DNA of 64,000 nt from Verrucomicrobiia bacterium (GTDB lineage: Bacteria; Verrucomicrobiota; Verrucomicrobiia; Limisphaerales; JADLHS01), in assembly GCA_026125285.1 (NCBI GenBank), contig JAHCLO010000003.1, positions 40,661 through 104,660 of the forward strand, read 5' to 3'. Below the pieces are notes generated by a model that saw only the letters and a program-made list of their open reading frames with translations, was not told the origin of the DNA and ran no database searches. Made by a program: the position numbers and the translations under genes. How positions within the stretch are numbered: the stretch's first letter is position 1; each line of letters begins with the position of its first letter. Below, in pieces: positions 7,658 through 16,634 of the stretch.

Positions 7658-10501
7658 ATGAGCGCAAAACGAGATCGCGAAGAGGAAATCTTCGATACCG
7701 CCCGCGAACTCGCCGCCGATGAGCGGGCCGCGTACCTCGCCGAGCAGTGTGGCCAGGACGCGGAGTTGCGCCAGCGGATTGAGGGAATGTTGGAGGTGGA
7801 CGCGGTAGCCGGGGATTTCTTCCAGACCAAGGCCGCGCCGCCATCAACCGGAATGGTTGCCGATGCCAGCCTGTCGCCCTTGATTGAAAAGGCCGGGGAC
7901 CGGATTGGCCGTTACAAGCTGCTTGAGCAGATTGGAGAAGGCGGCATGGGCCTGGTTTACATGGCGGAGCAGGATCAGCCGGTGCGGCGTTCGGTGGCGC
8001 TCAAGATTATCAAGCTGGGCATGGACACCCGCCAGGTGGTGGCGCGGTTCGAAGCTGAACGGCAGGCTCTGGCGATGATGAACCATCCTCATATCGCCAA
8101 GGTATTCGACGCGGGCGCGACGGATTCGGGACGGCCGTACTTTGTCATGGAACTCGTGCGCGGTATTCCCATCACGGAGTATTGCGATGTGAATTTCCTG
8201 CCCACCCGGCAGCGCCTTGATCTTTTCATTCTGGTTTGCCAGGCCGTCCAACATGCGCACCAAAAAGGAATCATCCACCGCGACCTCAAGCCTTCGAACA
8301 TCCTCGTCACTTTGAGCGACGGAGTGCCGTGGCCCATGATCATTGACTTTGGAATCGCCAAGGCCACCAATCAGCGGCTCACCGAGAAAACGCTTTTCAC
8401 CCATTTTGCGCAGATGATCGGCACGCCCGCCTACATGAGCCCGGAGCAGGCCGAAATGAGCAAGCTGGACGTGGACACGCGCACCGACATCTACGCGCTG
8501 GGGGTGCTGCTTTATGAGTTGCTGACGGGCACAACGCCATTTCCCACCAAGGAACTCCTGAGCCTTGGCTACCGCGAGATGCAGCGCACCATCGTGGAAA
8601 AAGAACCCCTGCGCCTGTCCACCCGCCTCAGCACCATGGCCAACGAGGAGCGAACGGTGGTGGCAAGAAATCGAAGCGTGGATGCTACCGCTTTGGCGAA
8701 GCTGTTTCGTGGAGACCTCGACTGGATCGCCATGAAGTGCCTCGAGAAGGATCGCGCCCGCCGTTACGAAACCGCCAACGGCTTGGCCGCCGACATCCAA
8801 CGGCACATGAACAACGAGCCGGTCGTAGCTCGTCCGCCCAGTCGTTGGTACGAGTTCCAGAAGACCGTCCGGCGCCACAAATTTGGCTTTGCGGCGGCGG
8901 CAGCGGTTATCCTTGTGCTGGCGATCGGCGTTTTAGTGAGCACCGTCCAAGCGCTGCGTGCCACCCGTGCGAAGAAGGAAACCGCCGAGACGCTCAAGCA
9001 AGTCTCCGCCGAGCGCGACGCCAAGGAGCAGGCGCTCAAAGACGCGGAGGCTATCTCAACGTTCCTCACCGAAGTCTTCCAAAGTCCGGACCCGACGCGT
9101 GACGGGCGCACCATCACCGTGGTCGAGAACCTCGACAGAGCCGCGACAAGGCTGGAGACCGACCTCGCCGATCAGCCCGGCCGCCGCGCCAAACTGCAGG
9201 ACACTCTGGCCAATACCTATGCTTCCCTTTCCATTTGGGGGGAAGCCAGGCGGTTGCGGGAGAAGGTACGGGATTATTACGTTGCCACCTACGGTCCGGA
9301 GCACCCTGATACCCTCGCGGCCATGTATAATCTGGCGGTTTCACGCCGACACGAGAACCTCCCGTTGATGGAGGAAGTATTGACTCTCCGCCGCAAAGTG
9401 CTCGGTCCAGAGCACCCCGATACGCTGCGCACGATGATCGCCACGGCACGTTTTTATGGTGACAACGGCCGCGAGGACGAGGCGCTCAGCGTTGCTGAAC
9501 AAGCTCTCGCTCTCAATCGCAAAGTGCTCGGCTCGGAACACCCAAACACGTTCGCCGCCATGTATACGCTGGCATTTTGCTACGCCTTTCACGGGCCCCC
9601 GGACGAATCGATCAAATCGATCGAACTGTTCGAAGAAGTTCTGACGCACCAGCGGAAGGTATTCGGGCCGAGGCATCCGACCACGATCGTCACGATGTGG
9701 AACCTGGGAGCAGCCCTTCGAATAGCCGGTCGGCAAACGGAAGGATTCCAGATGATGGAGGAGTCGCTAAAACTCCGGCGGGAAGTGCAAGGCGACGAGC
9801 ACGGCGACGCAAGGTGGGCGATCGAAAAATTAGCGGAATTCTACAAAATCACTGGCCACGGGGACAAAACGCTCCCCCTGTTCGAGGCGGCCGCCGTCAG
9901 TGAGCCAGAAGATATCTTTTCAGCGATGCGACTCGCCACCTCGCAATTGTGGTTCGGCTGGGACGCAAGCTACGCCACTACCGTCCGTCGAATGCTCGAT
10001 TGGACGAAAAGTGCCACGAACACTGATGACTTCGAGCGCGTAGCCAAGCTCGCCTGCCTGCGCCCCAGCTCCGACGTACCGACCCGGGAAGCCGCCCTCG
10101 CCCTTGCCCGTAAAGCCGTGGAGCTCGGCCGGGAGAACCAGGCCGGAATGCCCTGGTATCAGATGACCCTTGGCATGGCCGAATACCGGAGCGGCAATGA
10201 CGCGGAAGCAGTCGAGGCATTGACGCGGGCTCAGGCAGCAGCCTCGGTGGACGCGGAAGGGCACTACCGCGAGCTGATCCGGGGCACCGCCGGCTTCTAC
10301 CTTGCCATGAGCCTCTCCCGGCAAGGCAAGCAAGCCGAAGCCCGCGCGCTCTTCACCGCCACTGAGGCCGCGATGCAACCCTTCCCCGCCGACGAGCAGA
10401 AACTCCCTCACGAAGCCAACCACGACGACCTCATCCTCTGGCTGGCCTGTAAGGAAGCCAAGGCGATGCTGGCCCAACCCGACGGCGCGCCCAGAAAGTG
10501 A
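7658..10501 (+). CDS. Ser/Thr protein kinase with transmembrane segment and C-terminal TPR repeats
   Basis: Hanks kinase motifs GEGGMGLVYMA, VALKIIK, HRDLKPSNIL, DFGIAK, GTPAYMSPEQ; TM helix FGFAAAAAVILVLAIGVLV; repeated ...GPEHPDTL...YNLA... TPR-like units. ORF opens at 7616, ATG 7658 (MSAKRDREEEIF) preferred. Confidence 0.9.
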   Translation: MSAKRDREEEIFDTARELAADERAAYLAEQCGQDAELRQRIEGMLEVDAVAGDFFQTKAAPPSTGMVADASLSPLIEKAGDRIGRYKLLEQIGEGGMGLVYMAEQDQPVRRSVALKIIKLGMDTRQVVARFEAERQALAMMNHPHIAKVFDAGATDSGRPYFVMELVRGIPITEYCDVNFLPTRQRLDLFILVCQAVQHAHQKGIIHRDLKPSNILVTLSDGVPWPMIIDFGIAKATNQRLTEKTLFTHFAQMIGTPAYMSPEQAEMSKLDVDTRTDIYALGVLLYELLTGTTPFPTKELLSLGYREMQRTIVEKEPLRLSTRLSTMANEERTVVARNRSVDATALAKLFRGDLDWIAMKCLEKDRARRYETANGLAADIQRHMNNEPVVARPPSRWYEFQKTVRRHKFGFAAAAAVILVLAIGVLVSTVQALRATRAKKETAETLKQVSAERDAKEQALKDAEAISTFLTEVFQSPDPTRDGRTITVVENLDRAATRLETDLADQPGRRAKLQDTLANTYASLSIWGEARRLREKVRDYYVATYGPEHPDTLAAMYNLAVSRRHENLPLMEEVLTLRRKVLGPEHPDTLRTMIATARFYGDNGREDEALSVAEQALALNRKVLGSEHPNTFAAMYTLAFCYAFHGPPDESIKSIELFEEVLTHQRKVFGPRHPTTIVTMWNLGAALRIAGRQTEGFQMMEESLKLRREVQGDEHGDARWAIEKLAEFYKITGHGDKTLPLFEAAAVSEPEDIFSAMRLATSQLWFGWDASYATTVRRMLDWTKSATNTDDFERVAKLACLRPSSDVPTREAALALARKAVELGRENQAGMPWYQMTLGMAEYRSGNDAEAVEALTRAQAAASVDAEGHYRELIRGTAGFYLAMSLSRQGKQAEARALFTATEAAMQPFPADEQKLPHEANHDDLILWLACKEAKAMLAQPDGAPRK

Positions 10502-10502
10502 A

Positions 10503-11108
10503 ATGAGCGACGTGACACGCATCCTTGACGCAGTTCAACAAGGCGATGCCGCGGCGGCGAAAGACCTGTTGCCACTGGTCTATGAGGAGCTGCGCCGGTT
10601 GGCCCGTTCAAAAATGGCTCAGCAAGCCAGTGGGCACACCCTGCAGCCGACCGCGCTCGTGCATGAAGCCTGGCTGCGGCTGGTCGGCTCCGAGCGGCAG
10701 GGGTGGCACGGGCGGAGCCACTTTTTTGCTGCGGCGGCCGAAGCCATGCGCCACATCCTGGTGGACAGCGCCCGGCGCAAACGCCGCGCCAAACACGGCG
10801 GAGGACAAGAGCGGCTGGATGTGAACGAGGTCGAGATCGCCGCGGGCGCGGATGACGAAAGAATATTGTTGGTCCACGAAGCCCTCGAAAAGCTGGCCAT
10901 GGAGGACCCGATTCGCGCCAAAGTCGTCAAGTTGCACTATTTCGTTGGCCTGACCCACGCCGAGTCGGCCGAGATCCTGCAGATCTCCGAGAAATCCGTG
11001 CGTCGGCATTGGAACTACGCCCGCGTGTGGTTGTATCAAACCATTCAGTCCGCAAACGAACCTACCTCTTCCCAAGCGGTTAACCAGCCGGACCGGACCG
11101 GGGAATAG
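10503..11108 (+). CDS. ECF sigma factor of the kinase-associated type (TIGR02999-like)
   Basis: 201 aa; N-terminal TRILDAVQQGD...LLPLVYEELRRLA...ALVHEAWLRL and C-terminal HTH VKLHYFVGLTHAESAEILQISEKSVRRHWNYARVWL; ATG 1 nt after kinase stop. Confidence 0.9.
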   Translation: MSDVTRILDAVQQGDAAAAKDLLPLVYEELRRLARSKMAQQASGHTLQPTALVHEAWLRLVGSERQGWHGRSHFFAAAAEAMRHILVDSARRKRRAKHGGGQERLDVNEVEIAAGADDERILLVHEALEKLAMEDPIRAKVVKLHYFVGLTHAESAEILQISEKSVRRHWNYARVWLYQTIQSANEPTSSQAVNQPDRTGE

Positions 11109-11208
11109 TCGCGAGAATCCCTGAGGTTCATGTCCCCGTCTTCCTCCGCCGGAGGATTTTCCCTGGGCCAAGGAGCACTCTTCCCAGACGTTTAGATTTT
11201 TTCCCGTT

Positions 11209-11240
11209 GTGACCGTTTCAATCGGGAAAAAGCGTAATCC
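11209..11240 (+). promoter_or_regulatory. second copy of candidate ECF-type promoter, upstream of Calx-beta protein gene
   Basis: GTGACCGTTTCAATCGGGAAAAAGCGTAATCC; 25/32 identical to 7603-7634; 100 nt downstream of the sigma stop, 92 nt upstream of ATG 11332. Confidence 0.4.
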
Positions 11241-11280
11241 ATGGTGAAACCAATTTTCTAATGATGAACGCAACTCGAAT

Positions 11281-11331
11281 CCGGGCGGCTCGCCGCCCAA
11301 ACCAAACAACAAAAACTGAAAGGAAGATCAG
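11281..11331 (+). repeat. conserved 5' leader copy 1 (GC hairpin + CA-rich tract + RBS)
   Basis: ccgggcggctcgccgcccaaaccaaacaacaaaaactgaaaggaagatcag then ATG; first 18 nt identical to 16585-16602; GGGCGG-CUCG-CCGCCC hairpin. Confidence 0.7.
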
Positions 11332-12438
11332 ATGAAAAACATAATGACAGCCATGCGGCTCATCGCGGTTCACCTCCGGCCGGCCGCAAGTGTCGCATCA
11401 GAGGAAGGCCCGGTCGCAGGCCGGGACAAACATCCGAGGCCACGATCGAGACTCGCCCTATGGACCGCCGCTCTGGCGCTGGTGATCGCACTACTCCCGG
11501 TCGCTGCGTCCGCCCAGGAGGACGGAACGGTCACGATCAGCGGCACGTTCAGCATGGACTATATCAACGAAAGCGACCTGTACTGGTACTTCCCCGATCT
11601 CGTCGCGGTTTACTACAACGGGCACGAACACACCTGGACGCTCACGCTCCACGGCACAACCCAGACGCACGTCTCGACGGAAGTCGACTACGTGGAGTTG
11701 TTCCAAGACACGGAGATCCACGCAACGTCGTTCGAGCTCGAGTTCTTCGGACCCGACGCGGCCACGCTCAACCGCATCGTGAGCGAGCACCTCGCCGGAA
11801 GAGACGTCTGGATTTTCCTGCGGAACCACTACTTGTATTACAGCGACAACGACAACGCGGAATTTCACGTCGTTGTGGGGGGTCGCAACGGCGAATTGGG
11901 ATTCTCCACGCACCAGTTCGGATCCGGTACGCTCTTCCCGACCGACGCGGACAGCTACCCCGTCGTGAGCCCGATACCATTCTCGATCGAAACCGGATTC
12001 ACCGAACTGGGTTGGTTTGATATGTTTTCGGGTACCGGCGGCGCGATCGGGTCGCTGGCGGGCCTCGTGACTATTGAGGGGAGCGTGGGCGAAACACCCG
12101 TACCACCGACGCTGAGGATTGCCGACGGTTCCGTTGTGGAAGGCCACAAAGGCACGAGGCTGCTGAACCTCACAGTCACGCTCTCGTCGAGCAGCACCAG
12201 CCCAGTCACCGTGACCTATGCGACTGCCAACGTCACGGCCGTCGCGACGCAGGACTATACCGCAACCAAAGGCACATTGACCTTCCAGCCCGGAGTGACC
12301 AGCCGCGCGATTTCCATATCGGTCAAGGGAGATCGCAAGCGCGAACCGAACGAAACCTTCCTCGTGCAACTCTCAAATGCCGCAGGCGCGACCATCGCTG
12401 ACGGGGTCGCCACCGTCACCATCCTGAACGACGACTGA
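11332..12438 (+). CDS. secreted protein with C-terminal Calx-beta domain
   Basis: 368 aa; hydrophobic segment LALWTAALALVIALLPVAASAQE; C-terminal ...VTVTYATANVTAVATQDYTATKGTLTFQPGVTSRAISISVKGDRKREPNETFLVQLSNAAGATIADGVATVTILNDD fits the Calx-beta pattern; N-terminal ~230 aa unrecognised. Confidence 0.75.
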   Translation: MKNIMTAMRLIAVHLRPAASVASEEGPVAGRDKHPRPRSRLALWTAALALVIALLPVAASAQEDGTVTISGTFSMDYINESDLYWYFPDLVAVYYNGHEHTWTLTLHGTTQTHVSTEVDYVELFQDTEIHATSFELEFFGPDAATLNRIVSEHLAGRDVWIFLRNHYLYYSDNDNAEFHVVVGGRNGELGFSTHQFGSGTLFPTDADSYPVVSPIPFSIETGFTELGWFDMFSGTGGAIGSLAGLVTIEGSVGETPVPPTLRIADGSVVEGHKGTRLLNLTVTLSSSSTSPVTVTYATANVTAVATQDYTATKGTLTFQPGVTSRAISISVKGDRKREPNETFLVQLSNAAGATIADGVATVTILNDD

Positions 12439-12596
12439 ACGACCGCGCGGTCACACCGTAGTTGTCACAAGGATCGAATGAAAAGACGAACAGTAATGAG
12501 GCAATCATCCCTCTACAGCGCGCCGTTGTTTATCGCGCTGTTCAGCATTCTAGTGCCAAGCCGCCTTGTTGCCTTGGACTTGGAGCTGAGACTATT

Positions 12597-13212
12597 ATGA
12601 AATCAAAAATCCTGATTCCCCTGCTTACCCTGGCCTGCCTGCTGGCGATGCCGGCGAGGGCGCAGGTCAACTACGAGATTTACGGCAGCGTGGCTTATGT
12701 GGCGATCAGCCCCAATGCTTCCGGCAACGTTGTCATTGCTTCCAGCTACAACGGCTATCCTGTCGTCAGCATTGGGGATTTGGCGTTTTTCGAATGCACC
12801 AGCCTGACGAGTGTGACGATTCCCAACAGCGTCACCAGCATCGGGGCTTGGGCATTCTTCTCCTGCACCAACCTGACGAGCGTGATGATCCCCAACAGCG
12901 TCACCAGCATCGGGCCTCGGGCGTTTTCCTCCACCAGCCAGACGAGCGTGATGATCCCCGCCAGCGTTACCAACATCGGGTCGCTTGCGTTTTTCTCCGT
13001 CGGCCTGACCAATATTTCGGTGGATGCCGCCAATGCGGTTTACAGCAGTCTCGACGGGGTCTTGTTTAACAAGGCGCAAACGACGTTGATTCAATTTCCC
13101 AACGGGCGCGGCGGCAGTTACGCCATTCCCAACACTGTCACCAACATCGGGGCATATGCGTTTCAAGGCTGCAGCAGCCTGACGAGTGTGGTAATCCCCG
13201 GCAGCGTCACTA
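12597..13212 (+). pseudogene. BspA-type leucine-rich-repeat surface protein, 5' part (interrupted by IS630-family element)
   Basis: MKSKILIPLLTLACLLAMPARAQ signal, then 23-aa repeats CTSLTSVTIPNSVTSIGxxAF; reading frame leaves LRR sequence exactly at TA 13211-13212. Confidence 0.85.
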
Positions 13213-13240
13213 AATACAACGTCATAAGTAATTGCATATA

Positions 13241-13879
13241 TCAAATCCCACAAAGACGTCGCAGAGTGGCGTTAGGCCGGGACCAAAGGCGAAATGTTGG
13301 TTCGACCGCGGCAATGACTTCATCCAGAGCGGCGAAGTAGCGGTTATGAAGGCAGCGCCGCCGGATGAGCTTCCAGACACGTTCGATCGGATTGAGTTCC
13401 GGACTGTAGGGCGGCAGAAAGTGCAGACAAAAGTGCCCGGCCACTTCGTCGCGCCAAGCTTCGTGCAGACAGGCATGGTGATAACGGGCGTTGTCGATGA
13501 TGATTACCATCTTTCGACCTCCCCGACGATGGCGGCGCAGCTTCCGATAAAAGTCCCAGCAGGTTTGGGCATCAAACATTCCGTTGGGTCGGGACATCAC
13601 CAGCATGCCGTCGTTGAAGTTGCACGCTCCCGAAATAGCTGATGCTCTTTCGGTCGGAGCGTGAAGACAGATCGGGTCGTCCACTTCGGTGTGACCCACA
13701 TCCGGCAACGCGAGCCGTATTGTTAAAGTGAACTCATCCATCGCCCACAGATCGAGGTCGTTTCTGTGTGCCAGTGCGTGGAGTTTTTTTATGCGCAGCT
13801 GTAACAGGGGTCGGCTTTGGCCACTTGCGGACGGGGTTTGCGCAGACGAAAACCCAACTGCCGGAACAACCGCTGACAT
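13241..13879 (-). CDS. IS630-family transposase, DDE catalytic part
   Basis: 212 aa; WAMDEF..., MVIIIDNARYHHA, LPPYSPELNPIERVWK (D, D, E signature regions of DDE_3/IS630-Tc1 type). Confidence 0.8.
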   Translation of the reverse strand: MSAVVPAVGFSSAQTPSASGQSRPLLQLRIKKLHALAHRNDLDLWAMDEFTLTIRLALPDVGHTEVDDPICLHAPTERASAISGACNFNDGMLVMSRPNGMFDAQTCWDFYRKLRRHRRGGRKMVIIIDNARYHHACLHEAWRDEVAGHFCLHFLPPYSPELNPIERVWKLIRRRCLHNRYFAALDEVIAAVEPTFRLWSRPNATLRRLCGI

Positions 13880-13893
13880 TGGCGCACCTTAGC

Positions 13894-14283
13894 CTACCCC
13901 CAACTCTTCGCCCAGGAACGCAGACAGAGTCGGGCCATCCCACATCTGGTGTCGCCAGCCCATACTTTTCCGCTGTCGCGCAACGCCGCTTCCACCTTGG
14001 CCAGTTGCTGGTTGTTCAAACGACTGGGACGCCCGGGACGTTGACCTTCTGCCAAGCCGGCCAATCCCTCGGTTTCAAAACGCTGCACCCAGTTTACGAC
14101 GCTGTGGTGGCAATCACCCAGCAGTTGCGCCACCCGAGGGCAGGTCATGCCTTGAGCCACGAGCAATACGCCGTGGAGTCGGTGATCATAGCGCGACGCA
14201 TCGTTGCGCCGAATCTCATCTTGGAGCGCCATGATCATGTTTTCTTGGTCGGAGATAGTGAGCGGTTTCATCAACCGGACCAT
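13894..14283 (-). CDS. IS630-family transposase, N-terminal HTH part
   Basis: MVRLMKPLTISDQE...GMTCPRVAQLLGDCHHSVVNWVQRFETEGLAGLAEGQRPGRPSRL (paired HTH typical of IS630). ORF extends to 14307 inside the IR, so internal Met 14283 or 14271 preferred. Different frame from the DDE ORF. Confidence 0.7.
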   Translation of the reverse strand: MVRLMKPLTISDQENMIMALQDEIRRNDASRYDHRLHGVLLVAQGMTCPRVAQLLGDCHHSVVNWVQRFETEGLAGLAEGQRPGRPSRLNNQQLAKVEAALRDSGKVWAGDTRCGMARLCLRSWAKSWG

Positions 14284-14328
14284 ACTTCCGCCTGGCACTA
14301 TATGCAATTACTTATGACGTTGTGTTTA

Positions 14329-16502
14329 GCATCAGGGATGAGGCGTTTAACTTCTGCACCAGCCTGGCGACCGTGACGATCGGCAGTGGCGTCACCACCA
14401 TCGGGTTTAATGCGTTTTTCTACTGTACCAGCCTGACGAGCGTGACGCTCCCTGACAGTGTCACCAGCATCGGGAATGCTGCGTTTTCTTACTGCACCAG
14501 CCTGACGAACGTGACGCTCGGCAGCAATGTCACCAGCATCGGGCAATCCCTGTTTCGCAACTGCTACAGCCTGACGAACGTGACGATTCCCAACACCGTC
14601 ACCAACATCGGGAATCAGGCGTTTGAATATTGCACCAGCTTGACGAGTGTGGCGATTCCCAACAGCGTCACCAGCATCGGGAGTTCTGCGTTTTACTGGT
14701 GCACCAACCTGACGAACGTGACGCTCGGCAGCAGCGTCACCAGCATCGGGAATGGTGCGTTTCATTTCTGCACCAGATTGACAAGTGTGACGATTCCCAA
14801 CAGCGTCACCAGCATCGGGAGTTCTGTGTTTTCCTACTGCACCAGCCTGACGAACGTGACGATCGGCAGCAGCGTCACCAGCCTTGAGTTTGGTGCGTTT
14901 TCCCACTGTACCAACCTGACGAGTATGATCATCCCCAACAGCGTCACCAACATCGGGAATTGGGCGTTTTCCTCCTGCAGCAGCCTGACGAGCGTGGCGA
15001 TCCCCAACAGCGTCACCAGCATCGGGGTTGGGCCATTTTCCTCCTGCACCAGCCTGACCCATATTTCGGTGGATGCCGCCAATGCGGTTTACAGCAGTCT
15101 CGACGGGGTCTTGTTTGACAAAGCGCAAACGACGTTGATTCAGTTTCCTGGCGGGCGCGGTGGAGGTTACGCGATTCCCAACACCTTCACCCACATCGGG
15201 GATTCTGCGTTTGACGGCTGCAGCAGCCTGACGAGCGTGACGATCCCCGACAGCGTCACCCACATCGGGGATTCTGCGTTTAACGGCTGCAGCAGCCTGA
15301 CGAGCGTGACGATCCCCAACAGCGTCACCAGTATCGGGTTCTTTGGGGCGTTTTACAGCTGCACCAGTCTGACCAATATTTCGGTGGATGCCGCCAATGC
15401 GGTTTACAGCAGTCTCGACGGGGTCTTGTTTAACAAGGCGCGAACGACGTTGATTCAATTTCCCGGCGGGCGCGGCGGCAGTTACGCCATTCCCAACAGC
15501 GTCATCGACATCGAGACTGCTGCGTTTTCCTACTGCACCAGCCTGACGAGCGTGACGATCCCCAACAGCGTCACCACCATCAGGTATGACGCATTTGCCT
15601 ACTGCACCAGCCTGACGAGCGTGACGATCCCCAACAGCGTCAACAGCATTTGGGATCAGGCGTTTCTCAACTGCACCAGTCTGACGAACGTGACGATTCC
15701 CAACAGCGTCCCCGGCATCGGGGGTTTGATGTTTTACAACTGCACCAGTCTGACGAGCGTGACGATCGGCAGCAGCGTCACCTTCATCGGGGATTATGCG
15801 TTTTACAACTGCACCAGCCTGACGAGTGTGACGATTCCCAACAGCGTCGCCAGCATCGGGGGTAATGCGTTTTTCTTCTGCACCAGCCTGACCAATTTTT
15901 CAGTGGATGCCGCCAATGCGGTTTTCAGTAGTCTCGGCGGGGTCTTGTTTGACAAGGCGCAAACGACGTTGATTCAATTTCCCGGCGGGCGCGGCGGCAG
16001 TTACGCCCTCCCCAACAGCGTCACCAGTATCGGGGACTATGCGTTTTACAACAGCACCAGTCTGACCAGCGTCACGATCGGAAACGGCCTCACCAGCATC
16101 GGGCACTCTGCGTTCTATGAATGCACCAGCCTGACGAGCCTCACGTTTCTAGGCAATGCGCCGTCCGCAGGTTCGAGTATGTTCGCCAAGGTCGGCCCGG
16201 GCGCAAAGGTCTATTATTACTACGGCACCACCGGTTGGGGGCCAACGTATGGCGGATTGCCCACCGTGATGCTGGGCGCGCCCGCGCCGCAAGTCGGCGC
16301 TGGCAGCGCGGGCGTGCAACCGGGCGGTTACGGCTTCACCATCACCGGCATCGTCAATCAAACCATCGTGGTCGAAGCCAGCACCTATCTGACGAACTGG
16401 CAATCCATCTGGACCAGCACGCTGTCCGCCGTCTCCACCAATTTTGTGGATCCGCAATGGCTGAATCACCCGCGCCGCTTCTATCGCCTGCGGTCGCCGT
16501 AG
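14329..16502 (+). pseudogene. BspA-type leucine-rich-repeat surface protein, 3' part
   Basis: Continues ...SIRDEAFNFCTSLATVTIGSGVTTIG... 23-aa LRRs. Joining 13212 to 14329 gives ...IPGSVTSIRDEAFNFCTSL... and a 2790-nt (930-codon) uninterrupted frame. Confidence 0.85.
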
Positions 16503-16584
16503 GCAGACAAAAGGATCAACGCATGAAGTGTCGTTTGCCATCGTGAATTTCTGCTGCTCGGCTGCAGTGGAGCAACAAAGAAAA

Positions 16585-16634
16585 CCGGGCGGCTCGCCGC
16601 CCTAACCAAACACCAAAACCGAAAGGAACATCAC
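16585..16634 (+). repeat. conserved 5' leader copy 2
   Basis: ccgggcggctcgccgccctaaccaaacaccaaaaccgaaaggaacatcac then ATG; similarity to copy 1 continues ~45 nt into the coding region (MKNITTAIRLAAVQL vs MKNIMTAMRLIAVHL). Confidence 0.7.

Larger units (their letters stand above)
13211..14328 (-). mobile_element. IS630-family insertion sequence with 30-bp terminal inverted repeats and TA target duplication
   Basis: IRL 13211-13240 taaatacaacgtcataagtaattgcatata. Reverse complement of IRR 14299-14328 = taaacacaacgtcataagtaattgcatata (29/30). Flanking TA on both sides; internal HTH and DDE ORFs on minus strand. Confidence 0.85.

Noticed and set aside
11268-11300. tRNA-like string ...actcgaatccgggcggctcgccgccc
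   Set aside because: The flanks of the TCGAATC loop are not complementary (no T-stem). No acceptor or anticodon arms could be built. The GC hairpin is part of the repeated 5' leader.
12515-12541. Hairpin ACAGCGCG-N11-CGCGCTGT after the Calx-beta gene as a terminator
   Set aside because: There is no U-tract and it lies within the probable 5' region of the LRR gene. This is too weak to call.
13877-13896. Programmed ribosomal frameshift joining the two IS630 ORFs
   Set aside because: The orfA stop (rc of 13894-13896) precedes the first open codon of the orfB frame (the TAA at rc 13889-13891 closes it upstream), so there is no overlap window. No slippery heptamer was seen.
14298-15458. 386-aa minus-strand ORF (and several 60-90 aa ORFs on both strands) across the LRR gene
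   Set aside because: They mirror the 69-nt periodic coding repeat of the plus-strand LRR protein. Their translations are low-complexity (RHARQAAAAVKRRIPDVGD...) and lack start or signal context, so they are shadow ORFs.
12597-16502. Regular ~69-nt periodicity that could be mistaken for a CRISPR array
   Set aside because: There are no unique spacers between repeats. The whole tract is one open frame encoding 23-aa leucine-rich repeats. No cas genes are present in the window.
6560-16502. Diversity-generating retroelement idea (RT fragment plus near-identical repeated segments in a surface protein)
   Set aside because: The RT remnant has group II intron hallmarks (maturase tail, domain V) and lacks its polymerase domain. 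The LRR repeats differ at scattered positions, not in the adenine-specific pattern expected of TR/VR pairs.
16510-16584. Third copy of the ECF-like promoter motif upstream of the 16635 gene
   Set aside because: There is only patchy similarity (GTGTCGTTTGCCATCGTGAA versus GTGACCGTTTCAATCGGGAA). It lacks the GGGAAAAA and CGTAA blocks at the right spacing.
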